From Candidatus Fraserbacteria bacterium (GTDB lineage Bacteria > Bipolaricaulota > Bipolaricaulia > RBG-16-55-9): a DNA stretch of 64,000 bases. The stretch is taken from the NCBI GenBank assembly GCA_037443265.1, contig JBBIOR010000004.1:14062-78061 (forward strand), read 5' to 3'. A model generated the notes under the pieces. It was not told where the DNA came from. It saw only the letters and a program-made list of their open reading frames with translations, and ran no database searches. Below, in pieces: positions 28,998-38,398 of the stretch. The position numbers and the translations under genes were made by a program. How positions within the stretch are numbered: the stretch's first letter is position 1; each line of letters begins with the position of its first letter.

Positions 28998-29972
28998 ATG
29001 AGAAGGGTTCTTCTGATGATCGGGATCGCGTGGGCGCTATTGGCCCTGCTGTGCCCTGCCAGCGAGGCACAGCAGATGCCGATCAAGCCGTTCTTCACTC
29101 AAACGGGTCTAGATGGGCAGCTGATCGGACTGGAGCTAGACACTCAATTGGGCATCTGGAAGCCCATTGCTGCCCTGGCGTATGGCCTGGAGAGCGGCCG
29201 CTTCCGCTATAAAGCGGGACTCCTGCTGGTCACGGGCTTGGAGCTTCCCCTCTTGGGCCAGAGGCTAGGGGATTTCAGTGTGGCTCTGGTCGATTGGCCC
29301 ACGAGCGCGATCTTGGGCCGAGAAGGCCAGATGGGAATCGAACTGGGCTGGAGCTTGGGCCGCGCTCACTTCTCGCTGTTTACCGGTAACCTCTGGACAA
29401 AAGGAGGCGAAGCGCCGCACGTCAATTATTTGCTCATCGACACGTCCTATTCCTTTGAGCTGCCCTTCGATCTTCGCTTGAGCACATCCGCGCAGATGGT
29501 CTTTGGAATGCTGGTGGAAGGCTCTTCTTCTGCCAAGCCCTTTCAGTCGATGGCGCGGACCCTCAGCTTGAGCTTGGGAGATCTTCGCTTGAGCGGCCGC
29601 TGGGGGACCCTCGCCAATGAGGCCCAGCTGGCAGGATTTCAGTTCACCACGGGCGTGAGGGGCATCTCTGAAACCCTCAAAGGGCATCAGTTCTGGAACG
29701 TGACCCTGGAGCGCACATTCCCTATGCACGAGAGCTCCATGGAACTTCCAGGCCCGCCTCTCCTCACACGGTTCTTGCCCAGGGCGCTTCCGGTGCGCCT
29801 GGCGGGCGTGCTCTTCTTCCAGGCCGGTGGTGCTATCCCTGAGGAGAGCGCCCAGTTTGAGATGCTCTTCAGCTGGGGGATGTCTGCTACGTTCTCTGTT
29901 CATGAGCTTCGCCTCAGAGCAGAGCTGATCTTCGCTCAAGACGGCCAGACCCGATTCAACTTCAGCTTCTAA
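28998..29972 (+). CDS. Secreted putative outer-membrane beta-barrel protein (Omp85-like barrel only)
   Basis: Signal peptide (ASEA/Q), amphipathic beta strands, GVRG loop motif, LFFQAG...SWG, C-terminal ...RFNFSF. Confidence 0.6.
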   Translation: MRRVLLMIGIAWALLALLCPASEAQQMPIKPFFTQTGLDGQLIGLELDTQLGIWKPIAALAYGLESGRFRYKAGLLLVTGLELPLLGQRLGDFSVALVDWPTSAILGREGQMGIELGWSLGRAHFSLFTGNLWTKGGEAPHVNYLLIDTSYSFELPFDLRLSTSAQMVFGMLVEGSSSAKPFQSMARTLSLSLGDLRLSGRWGTLANEAQLAGFQFTTGVRGISETLKGHQFWNVTLERTFPMHESSMELPGPPLLTRFLPRALPVRLAGVLFFQAGGAIPEESAQFEMLFSWGMSATFSVHELRLRAELIFAQDGQTRFNFSF

Positions 29973-29992
29973 AAGAGGGAGGGGGATGCACG

Positions 29993-32803
29993 GTGAGCGC
30001 AGCGATAAGCAAGCGAACGCTAGAGCAGGGGTACGGACGTAGTCTCTGGCTTCTGCTGGTGCTGGTGCTGGGTCTGCTCTGGTGGGGGATGAGCCTGCCG
30101 GCTTCGGGACAGATCTTCGGAGTGAGCATCGATCCGGCGCTTAAGTGGCAGACGTTGGAGACGGAGCACTTTCGCATCCATTTCCATGAGGGGCTTTTGG
30201 GCCCCGCGCAAGAGGTGGCCATCATCGCCGAGGAGTCTTATAAGATCATCGAAGAGGAGTTTGGACAGGCCCCGGCCAAGCTCGATATCTTCCTGCTAGA
30301 CGCCTTCGACTTCTCCAACGGCTTCGCCAACCCCTTTGGAGATCAAGTCGGAATTTTCACATCTCAGTATCGCCTCTCAGACTGGGCCAACGTGCGGCTG
30401 GACTCGTGGTGGCGCCTGGTGATCTTCCACGAGCTGGTCCACGCCATCGAGCTGGATCAGACCCGCGGCATCTCCAAGATCGCAAGAGCTATCTTCGGCA
30501 AGGCCGTGCTGCCCAACGTGATGAAGCCGATCCCCTTCATCGAGGGCCTCGCCGTCTATGAGAAATATAAATATTTGAAAGAATCTCGGCTGAACGACTC
30601 ACGCACGCGGATGATGCTCCGCCAGATGGTGCTAGATAATAAAATCCCGCGCTTTGACGAGATCAAAGGCTTCTACAGCCGGTCGGAGTGGCCTCCCCTG
30701 GGCCAGCTTATGTACAACTATGGCTCCTGGCTCATGCGCTATGTTGAAGAGAAGCACGGCAGGGATGCCCTGCGGAGATTCGACGAGGCCAACGCGAGAG
30801 GGCCTCTGAACCTGCTGGCTCTCTTCGGCTTCGGGGAGGATCTCAATCGAGTCACTTCTGAGGCGCTCGGCCTCTCGGCGGATGAGCTGTATGGGGGCTT
30901 TCGCGCCTGGTTGCGGGAGCAATTCAGCCCCGAGATCGAAGCCCTAAGGCGAGAGGGCATCACCGAGGCACTCCGGGTGACTACCCTCGGATTCTTGAGC
31001 GGCCAGCCCGCATGGTCTCCCGATGGGGAATGGATCGTCTATTCTCACGCGGGGCCCGGCCGCGCCGGCTTGAGGATCATCACGCCCTACGGCGAAGAAG
31101 ATCATGAGATCCTCCCCTCCGGCTCCTATCCCGCCTGGTCGCCCGATGGCCGCTCAATAATATATTCCAAGCTCGACTTCGAGAGCCCCTACTACATCCA
31201 GAGCGATCTCTATCGCTCCGATCTGGCCACAAAGCGCGAGGAACGACTCACCCGGGGCGAGCGGGCCTATTACGCAAAATTCTCCCCTGACGGCGGGAAG
31301 ATCTTCTATGCCAAGAACATCGGGCGGGACGGGAGCACCGCCTTGGCCGTCTTGGATCTTAAGACTCAAAAGACCCAAATCATCAAAGAATTTCCCGACA
31401 ACACGGGCGTGATTCATTCGTTCGCGATCTCACCGGACGGAGGGAGGATCGCGCTGGCCCTCTGGAGGCGTGGCGGCTTCCAGGATCTTTATCTTATGCC
31501 CTCCTCCGGTGGAGAGCTCACTCCCCTCACCCAAGACAGGAATCAAGACGCCGATCCCGCTTGGTCCCCCGATGGAAAGTATATTCTATTCAGCTCCGAT
31601 CCCAACCGCGTCTATAATCTCTACGCCTATCGCCTCGAAGACGGCCAATTCTTCCAGATCACAAACATGATGAGCGGCGCCTTCTATCCCACCCTCTCGC
31701 CCGACGGCCAGCAGATGGCCTTTGTGAGCTACAGCGGCCAGGGCTTCAATATCTACAAGCTGCCCTACGATCCCCCGAGCTGGAAATCCGTAGAGTTTCC
31801 TAAAGAGGCGATTCCGACTTGGGCGGGATACCCCACGACCCCCTATGCCGTTCGGCCCTACAACCCTTGGCCGCTGCTTGCGCCCAAGTTCTGGCTGCCG
31901 TTTCCGGCGCCCGAAGGCCTAGGCCTGGTGACGGCGGCCTTCGATCCGCTCTTCAAGCACAGCTATAGTGTGGTTGCGGGGTGGGACTTCCAGGCAAGCC
32001 GTCCGTTCTACTCGCTCACATATCAGAACAATGAGTCTCTGCCAGTAGTGCTCTTTGCCGGCGAGGCTTCCTCAGGGAGTCGCTACGGCTTGCGCGCCTC
32101 TATCCCGCTGGCGCTCTCGACGACGCGTCAGCAGTTCCTCTCCGTCGGCTATGAGCGCCAAAGACAACGGCCCAAAGGGGGAGAAGACAGCTCGAGTGGA
32201 GCGAAGCAGATCGTCTCCGGGTCATATAGCTTCACTCAGACCCGGCGGCAGGATCTCTTCGGGGATTCGGTGCGGATCAGAGTCAGCGGAGAGCTCTCCC
32301 ATGTTGAGGGGAGTGGCCGGTGGCACAAGAAGCTGGTGCTCGACTGGCAGGAGAGCTTCCGCTTGCCCCTCATCGCCAGACACGCTCTAGTGCTTAGAGC
32401 CACCGCTGGCTGGACGGATTCTGATGTCGAGGATGCAAGATTCAAGCTGGGTGGGCCGTATGGAAGATTTGTGCTGCGCGGCTTTCCAGACGCAGCGATG
32501 AGGGGGAAGCAGGCCGTCTCCGCCGGCTTGACGTATGAGTTCCCGCTCTTCTCCATCGAAAGGGGCATGGGTCATTGGCCCCTGTTCTTGGACGACGTGA
32601 GGCTGGGTCTTTTCGTAGACGCCGGAATGGCTGGCGATCAGCTCAATCTGCAAGATCTTCGCGTGGGCTTCGGGCTGGAAGGAAGGCTCTCATTGACGTT
32701 GGGATACTCCATGCCGTTTGAGCTGATCGCGGGGATCGCCCAAGGAGTGGCAGAGCGCCAGCCGAGGTTCTATGTGAACGCCTCGCTCCCGGAGCTCTTC
32801 TAA
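29993..32803 (+). CDS. Zincin + PD40/TolB-like beta-propeller + Omp85/BamA-type barrel protein
   Basis: W.TL.TEHF.IHF, HELVH...FIEGLAVY gluzincin, about 7 P.WSPDG repeats, C-terminal LRGF...G...YEFP...LFVDAG...GFG.E barrel. Confidence 0.8.
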   Translation: MSAAISKRTLEQGYGRSLWLLLVLVLGLLWWGMSLPASGQIFGVSIDPALKWQTLETEHFRIHFHEGLLGPAQEVAIIAEESYKIIEEEFGQAPAKLDIFLLDAFDFSNGFANPFGDQVGIFTSQYRLSDWANVRLDSWWRLVIFHELVHAIELDQTRGISKIARAIFGKAVLPNVMKPIPFIEGLAVYEKYKYLKESRLNDSRTRMMLRQMVLDNKIPRFDEIKGFYSRSEWPPLGQLMYNYGSWLMRYVEEKHGRDALRRFDEANARGPLNLLALFGFGEDLNRVTSEALGLSADELYGGFRAWLREQFSPEIEALRREGITEALRVTTLGFLSGQPAWSPDGEWIVYSHAGPGRAGLRIITPYGEEDHEILPSGSYPAWSPDGRSIIYSKLDFESPYYIQSDLYRSDLATKREERLTRGERAYYAKFSPDGGKIFYAKNIGRDGSTALAVLDLKTQKTQIIKEFPDNTGVIHSFAISPDGGRIALALWRRGGFQDLYLMPSSGGELTPLTQDRNQDADPAWSPDGKYILFSSDPNRVYNLYAYRLEDGQFFQITNMMSGAFYPTLSPDGQQMAFVSYSGQGFNIYKLPYDPPSWKSVEFPKEAIPTWAGYPTTPYAVRPYNPWPLLAPKFWLPFPAPEGLGLVTAAFDPLFKHSYSVVAGWDFQASRPFYSLTYQNNESLPVVLFAGEASSGSRYGLRASIPLALSTTRQQFLSVGYERQRQRPKGGEDSSSGAKQIVSGSYSFTQTRRQDLFGDSVRIRVSGELSHVEGSGRWHKKLVLDWQESFRLPLIARHALVLRATAGWTDSDVEDARFKLGGPYGRFVLRGFPDAAMRGKQAVSAGLTYEFPLFSIERGMGHWPLFLDDVRLGLFVDAGMAGDQLNLQDLRVGFGLEGRLSLTLGYSMPFELIAGIAQGVAERQPRFYVNASLPELF

Positions 32804-32835
32804 TCAGCTCCAAGCTGATAGCTGACAGGTAGAGC

Positions 32836-33387
32836 ATGCGCTGGACGCTGGCCACAGGGATTACAGTGGCTCGTCTGGGGCTCTTGCCGCCTGTGATCTT
32901 CTTGTTTGTGGGCGGATGGCGCCTTCTTGCGTTTGTCGTGCTCTTGGTCGTGTTGCTTTTAGATCTCGCAGATGGGGCGCTGGCCCGCAGTCGCCGGGAA
33001 GTGACGGAGCTGGGGAGGATCCTCGATCCCCTGGTGGACAAGTTGGTCTTCTTGACTCTCTTTGCGCTTCTCGTCTGGGTGGGAGAGCTTCCCTGGCCGC
33101 CGCTTGTGCTCTTGGCTCTCTTACAAGGCGGGATCGTCGTGGGTGGGCTCTTCTGGTGGAGGCTGCGGCGGGATGCCCCTCCGCCCAGGCTTCTGGGCAA
33201 GGTGGCCTCCTTCGGGCTCTCCCTGGGCCTCTTGAGTGCGTTTCTGCTGATCCCGCACTACACGGAGATCGTCTACGGCGGCGTGGCGCTGGCGTATCTG
33301 GCGGGGCTCGATTATCTCTTCAATTTCCTTCGGGCCCTGAGATCCCTGCCATGTAAGGCTGGAAAGGAGCGGGGAGAGGGGCCGTGA
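32836..33387 (+). CDS. pgsA: CDP-alcohol phosphatidyltransferase (PgsA-like)
   Basis: IT..RL, DLADG.LAR....T.LG.ILDP.VDK. Confidence 0.88.
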   Translation: MRWTLATGITVARLGLLPPVIFLFVGGWRLLAFVVLLVVLLLDLADGALARSRREVTELGRILDPLVDKLVFLTLFALLVWVGELPWPPLVLLALLQGGIVVGGLFWWRLRRDAPPPRLLGKVASFGLSLGLLSAFLLIPHYTEIVYGGVALAYLAGLDYLFNFLRALRSLPCKAGKERGEGP

Positions 33388-34231
33388 ATTCCAGGCTCTG
33401 GCCCGTCCGGGGATGAGTCAAGCGCAACTTCCAGGCGTGGAGCATCATCCTTGGGGCTGGTGGGGTTCGATTCTTCCGTCCGTAGAGGGGATCTCCCACG
33501 ATCGGATGCCCGATGGACGTAAGATGGACCCGGATCTGATGCGTGCGGCCCGTCTGGGGACGGACGAGGAGCAGTGTGGCCTCTCTCAGGCGCACCAGCA
33601 CGCGCCATTCTGTGGTGGCGGGCCGACCTCCCCAACAGCGCACCTCCATGCGACGCCGCTCGTGCCTGGCGCGTCCGATCGGGGCCTCAACGATGCCCCG
33701 ATCCCCTCTCACCCACCCGTGCACCAGGGCCAGATAGATCTTCTCGACTTGACGCTCTTTGAATTGACGAATGAGCTCATAGTACGCGAGATCGCTCTTG
33801 GCGAAGACGATGGCGCCGCTGGTCTCTTTGTCCAGCCGATGGACCACACCGGGCCGCTCCGGAGCCCCAACGCTGGCCAGCGTGCGCCCGTGGAGCAACC
33901 CCTGAAGGAGAGTGCCACGGGTGTTCCCTGCTCCAGGATAGACGACTAGGCCAGAGGGTTTATCGACCACCACGAGATCCTCGTCCTCGTACAGTATGGA
34001 AAGTTCTAGTCGTTCAGGTTCAAGCCCTCGAGAGACAGTCGCGGGAGTGTGCACCTCCACACGGGCACCTGCGGCGAGTGGAGAGCTGGGCTTGCCGGGC
34101 CGGCCATCGACGGTCACGAAGCCCTGCCGGATGAGTTGCTGGATCCGGCTGCGCGAGATCTTTAAATGCACAGCCAACCAGCGATCGAGCCGCTGGCCCT
34201 CGGCCTCCGTAGGCACTGTGAATACTTTCAT
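33320..34231 (-). CDS. rluD: RluA/RluD family pseudouridine synthase with S4 domain
   Basis: RLD.WL...SRS.IQ S4 domain, KPSGL, VHRLDKETSG, TGRTHQIRVH, GDPLYG, LHA. Confidence 0.92.
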   Translation of the reverse strand: MKVFTVPTEAEGQRLDRWLAVHLKISRSRIQQLIRQGFVTVDGRPGKPSSPLAAGARVEVHTPATVSRGLEPERLELSILYEDEDLVVVDKPSGLVVYPGAGNTRGTLLQGLLHGRTLASVGAPERPGVVHRLDKETSGAIVFAKSDLAYYELIRQFKERQVEKIYLALVHGWVRGDRGIVEAPIGRARHERRRMEVRCWGGRPATTEWRVLVRLREATLLLVRPQTGRTHQIRVHLTSIGHPIVGDPLYGRKNRTPPAPRMMLHAWKLRLTHPRTGQSLEFTAPLPAPFQPYMAGISGPEGN

Positions 34232-34474
34232 GAGCTTCTCTATATATAATATATACTCGAGAGGCCAGGGGGCTGCCTATGGCTTCGCTGTCTCTGGCAA
34301 AGCTCCAAATCGACATTGATTCTAGAAGAATTTCGAGTATAATGGGGGCCAGCCATGAGGATTCACAACGGATGGATTCAGACCCTAGGCGTCTTGCTGG
34401 CTGTGGATGGCTTCTCACCTGATCTCGACCTCACTTGACACTAGCCCCATGAGACAAGGAGCCGTGATCCGACG

Positions 34475-35452
34475 ATGAACGTGGAGTTCTTAGAAGCGCT
34501 GGAAGAGATGGCCAAGGAGGAAGGCATTGAGCGAGAGGAGCTCTACGAAGCCGTCAAGAAGGGTCTAGCGGCGGCCTATCGCGAGAAGTTCGGCCCGGCG
34601 ACCAATGTCGAAGTGGAGATCGACCGCAGTTCTGGGGACATCACCATTCGCGCCGATGGAGAAGAGATCGAGTTTGATCTCTCCAAGCTGGGGCGGATCG
34701 CCACTCGCCGCGCCGAGGAGACCATCCGCCAGGAGATCATCAAGCGGCGGCGGCAGATGATCTTCGAGCGCTATCACAAGCGCGTAGGGGAGATCATCAA
34801 TGGCAGCGTCCATCGGTTTGAGGGGCGAGATGTCTGGCTCAATCTGGGCCAGGCCGAGGCCCTGCTCGCTGAACAGGAGCGAATCCCTGGCGAGCACTAT
34901 CGCATCGGGCAGGTGCTGCGCACCCACCTCTACAGAGTCGAAGAGACGCCGGGAGACCCCAGGATCCTCGTCTCACGGGCTCATCCCGGCTTTGTGCGTG
35001 AGCTGCTCAAACTGGAAGTGCCCGAGATCGAGAAAGGGCTGGTGGAGATCGTGGCGATCGCGCGGGAGCCTGGAGTCCGCACCAAAGTGGCCGTGCGGGC
35101 GCTCGTCCCCGAGATCGAGCCGGTGGGGACGTGCGTGGGAGCCTCGGGCTCGCGGGTGCGTGAGGTCGTCAAAGAGCTCTCCGGTGAGAAGATCGACATC
35201 ATCCGCTGGAGCGATGACGTTCGTGAGCTCATCAAGAACAGCTTGGAGCCAGCTTCCGTCCTGCGCATTGAGCTGGACGAGCAGAACAAGAAAGCCCTCG
35301 TGGTCGTCCCGGATTCGGAGCTGAGCTTGGCGATTGGCAAGGGGGGCCAGAACGTTCGCTTGACCGCAAAGTTGACCGGCTGGAGCATTGACGTGACCAG
35401 CCCTGAGGAGCTCCCAGAGCCCTTCGCATCCTCCAAAGAGGCTGTGAACTGA
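34475..35452 (+). CDS. nusA: Transcription termination/antitermination factor NusA
   Basis: S1 and KH domains: ILVSRAHP, EVPEI..G, AREPG.RTKVAV, GEKIDII.W, LSLAIGKGGQNVRL. Confidence 0.96.
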   Translation: MNVEFLEALEEMAKEEGIEREELYEAVKKGLAAAYREKFGPATNVEVEIDRSSGDITIRADGEEIEFDLSKLGRIATRRAEETIRQEIIKRRRQMIFERYHKRVGEIINGSVHRFEGRDVWLNLGQAEALLAEQERIPGEHYRIGQVLRTHLYRVEETPGDPRILVSRAHPGFVRELLKLEVPEIEKGLVEIVAIAREPGVRTKVAVRALVPEIEPVGTCVGASGSRVREVVKELSGEKIDIIRWSDDVRELIKNSLEPASVLRIELDEQNKKALVVVPDSELSLAIGKGGQNVRLTAKLTGWSIDVTSPEELPEPFASSKEAVN

Positions 35453-35459
35453 AGGCTAA

Positions 35460-38327
35460 ATGCGCCAATGCTTGCTGCTCGGCCTATATCGCCTCACCCG
35501 GCACTATGCCTGGTGGGTCGCTATCGCCGTGCTGGCGCTGGCGATTCTCGCGCTCTACTCGTTGAAGGATCTGAAGCTACGGAGCTCCGTCCAGGAGTTG
35601 CTCCCCCGCAATGATCCCATCCTAGAGAAATTCACCCAGCATCAGGAAGCCCTCCAAGAGGCCCAAGTCATCACGATCCTGCTCACCCTGCGAGCTGCGC
35701 CTCCTTCGCCGGGCGAAGGGGTTGCCAGGCTGCTCGCGGCCGCGCAACAGATTCAACAGACTCTCCTTAACAATGAGGAGATCACTTTGGTAAGCTATCG
35801 CCAGGAGAAACCCGATCTGCCCTCCTTCCTCAACCTGAGCAACTTAAGCGAGGAGAGCCTGCGGACCCTCGCTGCGACGATGCAAGAGCTCAAGAGAGAA
35901 GTCGAGGGCTCGGGACAGCTACCGGAACTCGATGCCGTGTATGCCTCGATCTCTGAAGCTCTTGAGCAGCTGATCAGCGGCCTGGCCGTGCTCAACCCGC
36001 AGGCCCTGGCGGAGGCGCTAAAGCAGCTGGGCGGGCAGATCGAAGAGCTCAAGGCGCTCAACGAGCAAGTGTATGCCACGCTCTCTCGGCTTCCCCAGGA
36101 TCTAAAGCAGGCGGAGGGGCGCATCGATGAGCTGTCTCAACTGCTCTCCTCCTGGCAGAGTGCCCTGCTCCCTCCTCCGCCGCCCAGCGAGACGGAGTAT
36201 TATCTGTCGAAGGATCAGCGGTCCTTGTTGGTCCAGGTCTGGCCGCGCGAGTCAGCTCAGAAGAGCTTCGAGTACAATCGTCGAGTCACCGAGCTTGTAA
36301 AGATGGCCCTCGCCTCGCTCGACCTCCCAGGCCAAGGGCTGGACTGGGGTCTCAAGGGCCCGTATGTCTTCTCGGCGGAGACGAATGAGGCCCTCCGCCG
36401 AGACATGGAGAAGACGGCCATCATCACGCATATCGGAGTGCTCCTGCTTTTTATCCTTGTGTTGAAGCGCCTCTTCTACCCGCTCTTGGCGACGTTGCCG
36501 ATCCTCGTGGCGCTCATCTTCACAGTCACATGGGCCATGATTGCCTTCGGCGGGCTCAATCCGCTGACGGCCTTCCTGCCGGCGATCGTGTTGGGCATGG
36601 GGATCGACTACGGCATTCAGTTCATCAGTCATTATCTGGAGGAGCGCAACCAGTCTCGGCGGGTCGCCCCGGCTCTTCGGGCCACCTTGATCACCAAAGG
36701 CAGCGCCATGTTCGTGGCGGCGACAGCCACTTCGCTCGTGCTCTTTGGGCTTGGGGTCCTGTCCCGCTCGCAGGGGCTCTCAGAGATGGGGTTCATCGTG
36801 GCCGTAGGGGTAATCCTCTCTTGTGTGCTGACGTTGATTCTCTTGCCTGCGCTGATTGTGGCCGTTCACACCGTGTTGGGAAGGCGCTTGCGCGCTCGGC
36901 CCCCGCGACCGTGGAATTTGAGCGGGGCCGTCCGTGTGTTGATCCGACACCGTCTGGTCGTGATCGGCCTCGTTTTAGCCGGCACGGTCGCGCTCGCGTG
37001 GCCCGCCAGCCGCGTGCAGTTTGCCTTCATCACGGAGGCCCTCAGGCCGACGAACCTCTCCAGCCAGCGGGTGCGCGCCTACATCGAGCAGAACTTCGCT
37101 CTGCCCCAGGTCCCCGATCTGGAGAATTATTTCCTCTTCTTCGTGGATAACTCTGAGGAAGTCGTGCGCAGAATCTGTGAAGAGCTCGATGCGCTCGAAG
37201 CCATCGATCAGCCTCCTACGGCCTACTATTGCTTGTTTCCCGCGCCTCAAGAAATGGATGTGATCAAGCAGCGGCTGGCCACGCTGAGACAGCTGGACTT
37301 GGTCGCCCCACTAGACCAAGGGGCCCAGCGACTCCAGGCGCTCCAGGAGCAGTTCGCCCGGCGGGAGGCCATCCTGGCGGCGTTGACCCGCCTTGAGGAG
37401 TCCTTGAGCAGCGGTCAAGAGAACGTCCTTCGCGCGACGGGCGATCAAGTCTTGGCGGCAGAGCTCTCTTCGTTGCTTGACTCCACCCACGCGATTCGCG
37501 CACGACTGGAGGAGCTCGTTCCCGCCCGACTGGAGGACCAGATTCAGGTGCTCCGTGTGAAGCTCGTGGCCGTATCCGATCAAGCGAAGAGCATTCTGGG
37601 GGTGGCACCCACCCCACAACAAGTAGAGCAGATGGTCTATCTGTGTGACCAAGAGCCCGCGCACGCTCTCTGCCAGAAATTCTTCACCACCGACGCCACC
37701 GGCCGCAAGAAAGCCATCGTCTATGCGCACGTCCGACCCGATTGGTTGTGGAACAGTGCCCGCTATGATCAGTTCATGGAGGAGGCCCAGGCCGTCTGGA
37801 GCGACTTCATCGGGCTGCCCATGATCCAAGCTACGCTCAAGGAGTTCATGCAGCGCGATTTCTGGTGGTCCACCGGCCTGGCACTCTTGATCATCTTGAT
37901 CGTGCTAAGAATCGACTTCCATCGCTTTCCCATCCCGGGGGCGACGTGGCTTTCACTCCTCACGCTGGGCTTGGGGTATCTGTGGATGCTCGGCGTGATG
38001 GGGCTTTTGCGGATCGATTTCAATGTGGTGAATATTTTGATCTCGCCACTGATCATCGGCCTGGGGGTGGACAACTGTGTCTACTTGCTCCATCGCCATC
38101 GGGATTTTGGCGGCTCTTCCATCGAGCGCGCCACGGCCTCCACCGCCTTGCCCATTCTGGCCAACGCCCTAGCGACGATGATCGGCTTTGGGAGCCTCAT
38201 GCTGGCGGAGACCTCCGCGTTGCGGATTCTGGGCCTGTCGGCCGTGATGGGGATTGGGTTCATCACGCTGCTCAGCTTGACGTTTCTGCCTGCCGTGGTG
38301 GGCGCGCTCGCTTCGCGCTCGCGTTGA
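35460..38327 (+). CDS. MMPL/RND family exporter (HpnN-like)
   Basis: Two repeats of TM - large loop - 5 TM, with GMGIDYGI and GLGVDNCV signatures; long helical extracytoplasmic insertions. Confidence 0.85.
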   Translation: MRQCLLLGLYRLTRHYAWWVAIAVLALAILALYSLKDLKLRSSVQELLPRNDPILEKFTQHQEALQEAQVITILLTLRAAPPSPGEGVARLLAAAQQIQQTLLNNEEITLVSYRQEKPDLPSFLNLSNLSEESLRTLAATMQELKREVEGSGQLPELDAVYASISEALEQLISGLAVLNPQALAEALKQLGGQIEELKALNEQVYATLSRLPQDLKQAEGRIDELSQLLSSWQSALLPPPPPSETEYYLSKDQRSLLVQVWPRESAQKSFEYNRRVTELVKMALASLDLPGQGLDWGLKGPYVFSAETNEALRRDMEKTAIITHIGVLLLFILVLKRLFYPLLATLPILVALIFTVTWAMIAFGGLNPLTAFLPAIVLGMGIDYGIQFISHYLEERNQSRRVAPALRATLITKGSAMFVAATATSLVLFGLGVLSRSQGLSEMGFIVAVGVILSCVLTLILLPALIVAVHTVLGRRLRARPPRPWNLSGAVRVLIRHRLVVIGLVLAGTVALAWPASRVQFAFITEALRPTNLSSQRVRAYIEQNFALPQVPDLENYFLFFVDNSEEVVRRICEELDALEAIDQPPTAYYCLFPAPQEMDVIKQRLATLRQLDLVAPLDQGAQRLQALQEQFARREAILAALTRLEESLSSGQENVLRATGDQVLAAELSSLLDSTHAIRARLEELVPARLEDQIQVLRVKLVAVSDQAKSILGVAPTPQQVEQMVYLCDQEPAHALCQKFFTTDATGRKKAIVYAHVRPDWLWNSARYDQFMEEAQAVWSDFIGLPMIQATLKEFMQRDFWWSTGLALLIILIVLRIDFHRFPIPGATWLSLLTLGLGYLWMLGVMGLLRIDFNVVNILISPLIIGLGVDNCVYLLHRHRDFGGSSIERATASTALPILANALATMIGFGSLMLAETSALRILGLSAVMGIGFITLLSLTFLPAVVGALASRSR

Positions 38328-38398
38328 GTCCTGCCCCTTGCGCTATAATAGGGCGAAGATGAACTTTGAAGGCAGGCCTGAACTGAGGGAGAGGTGTT

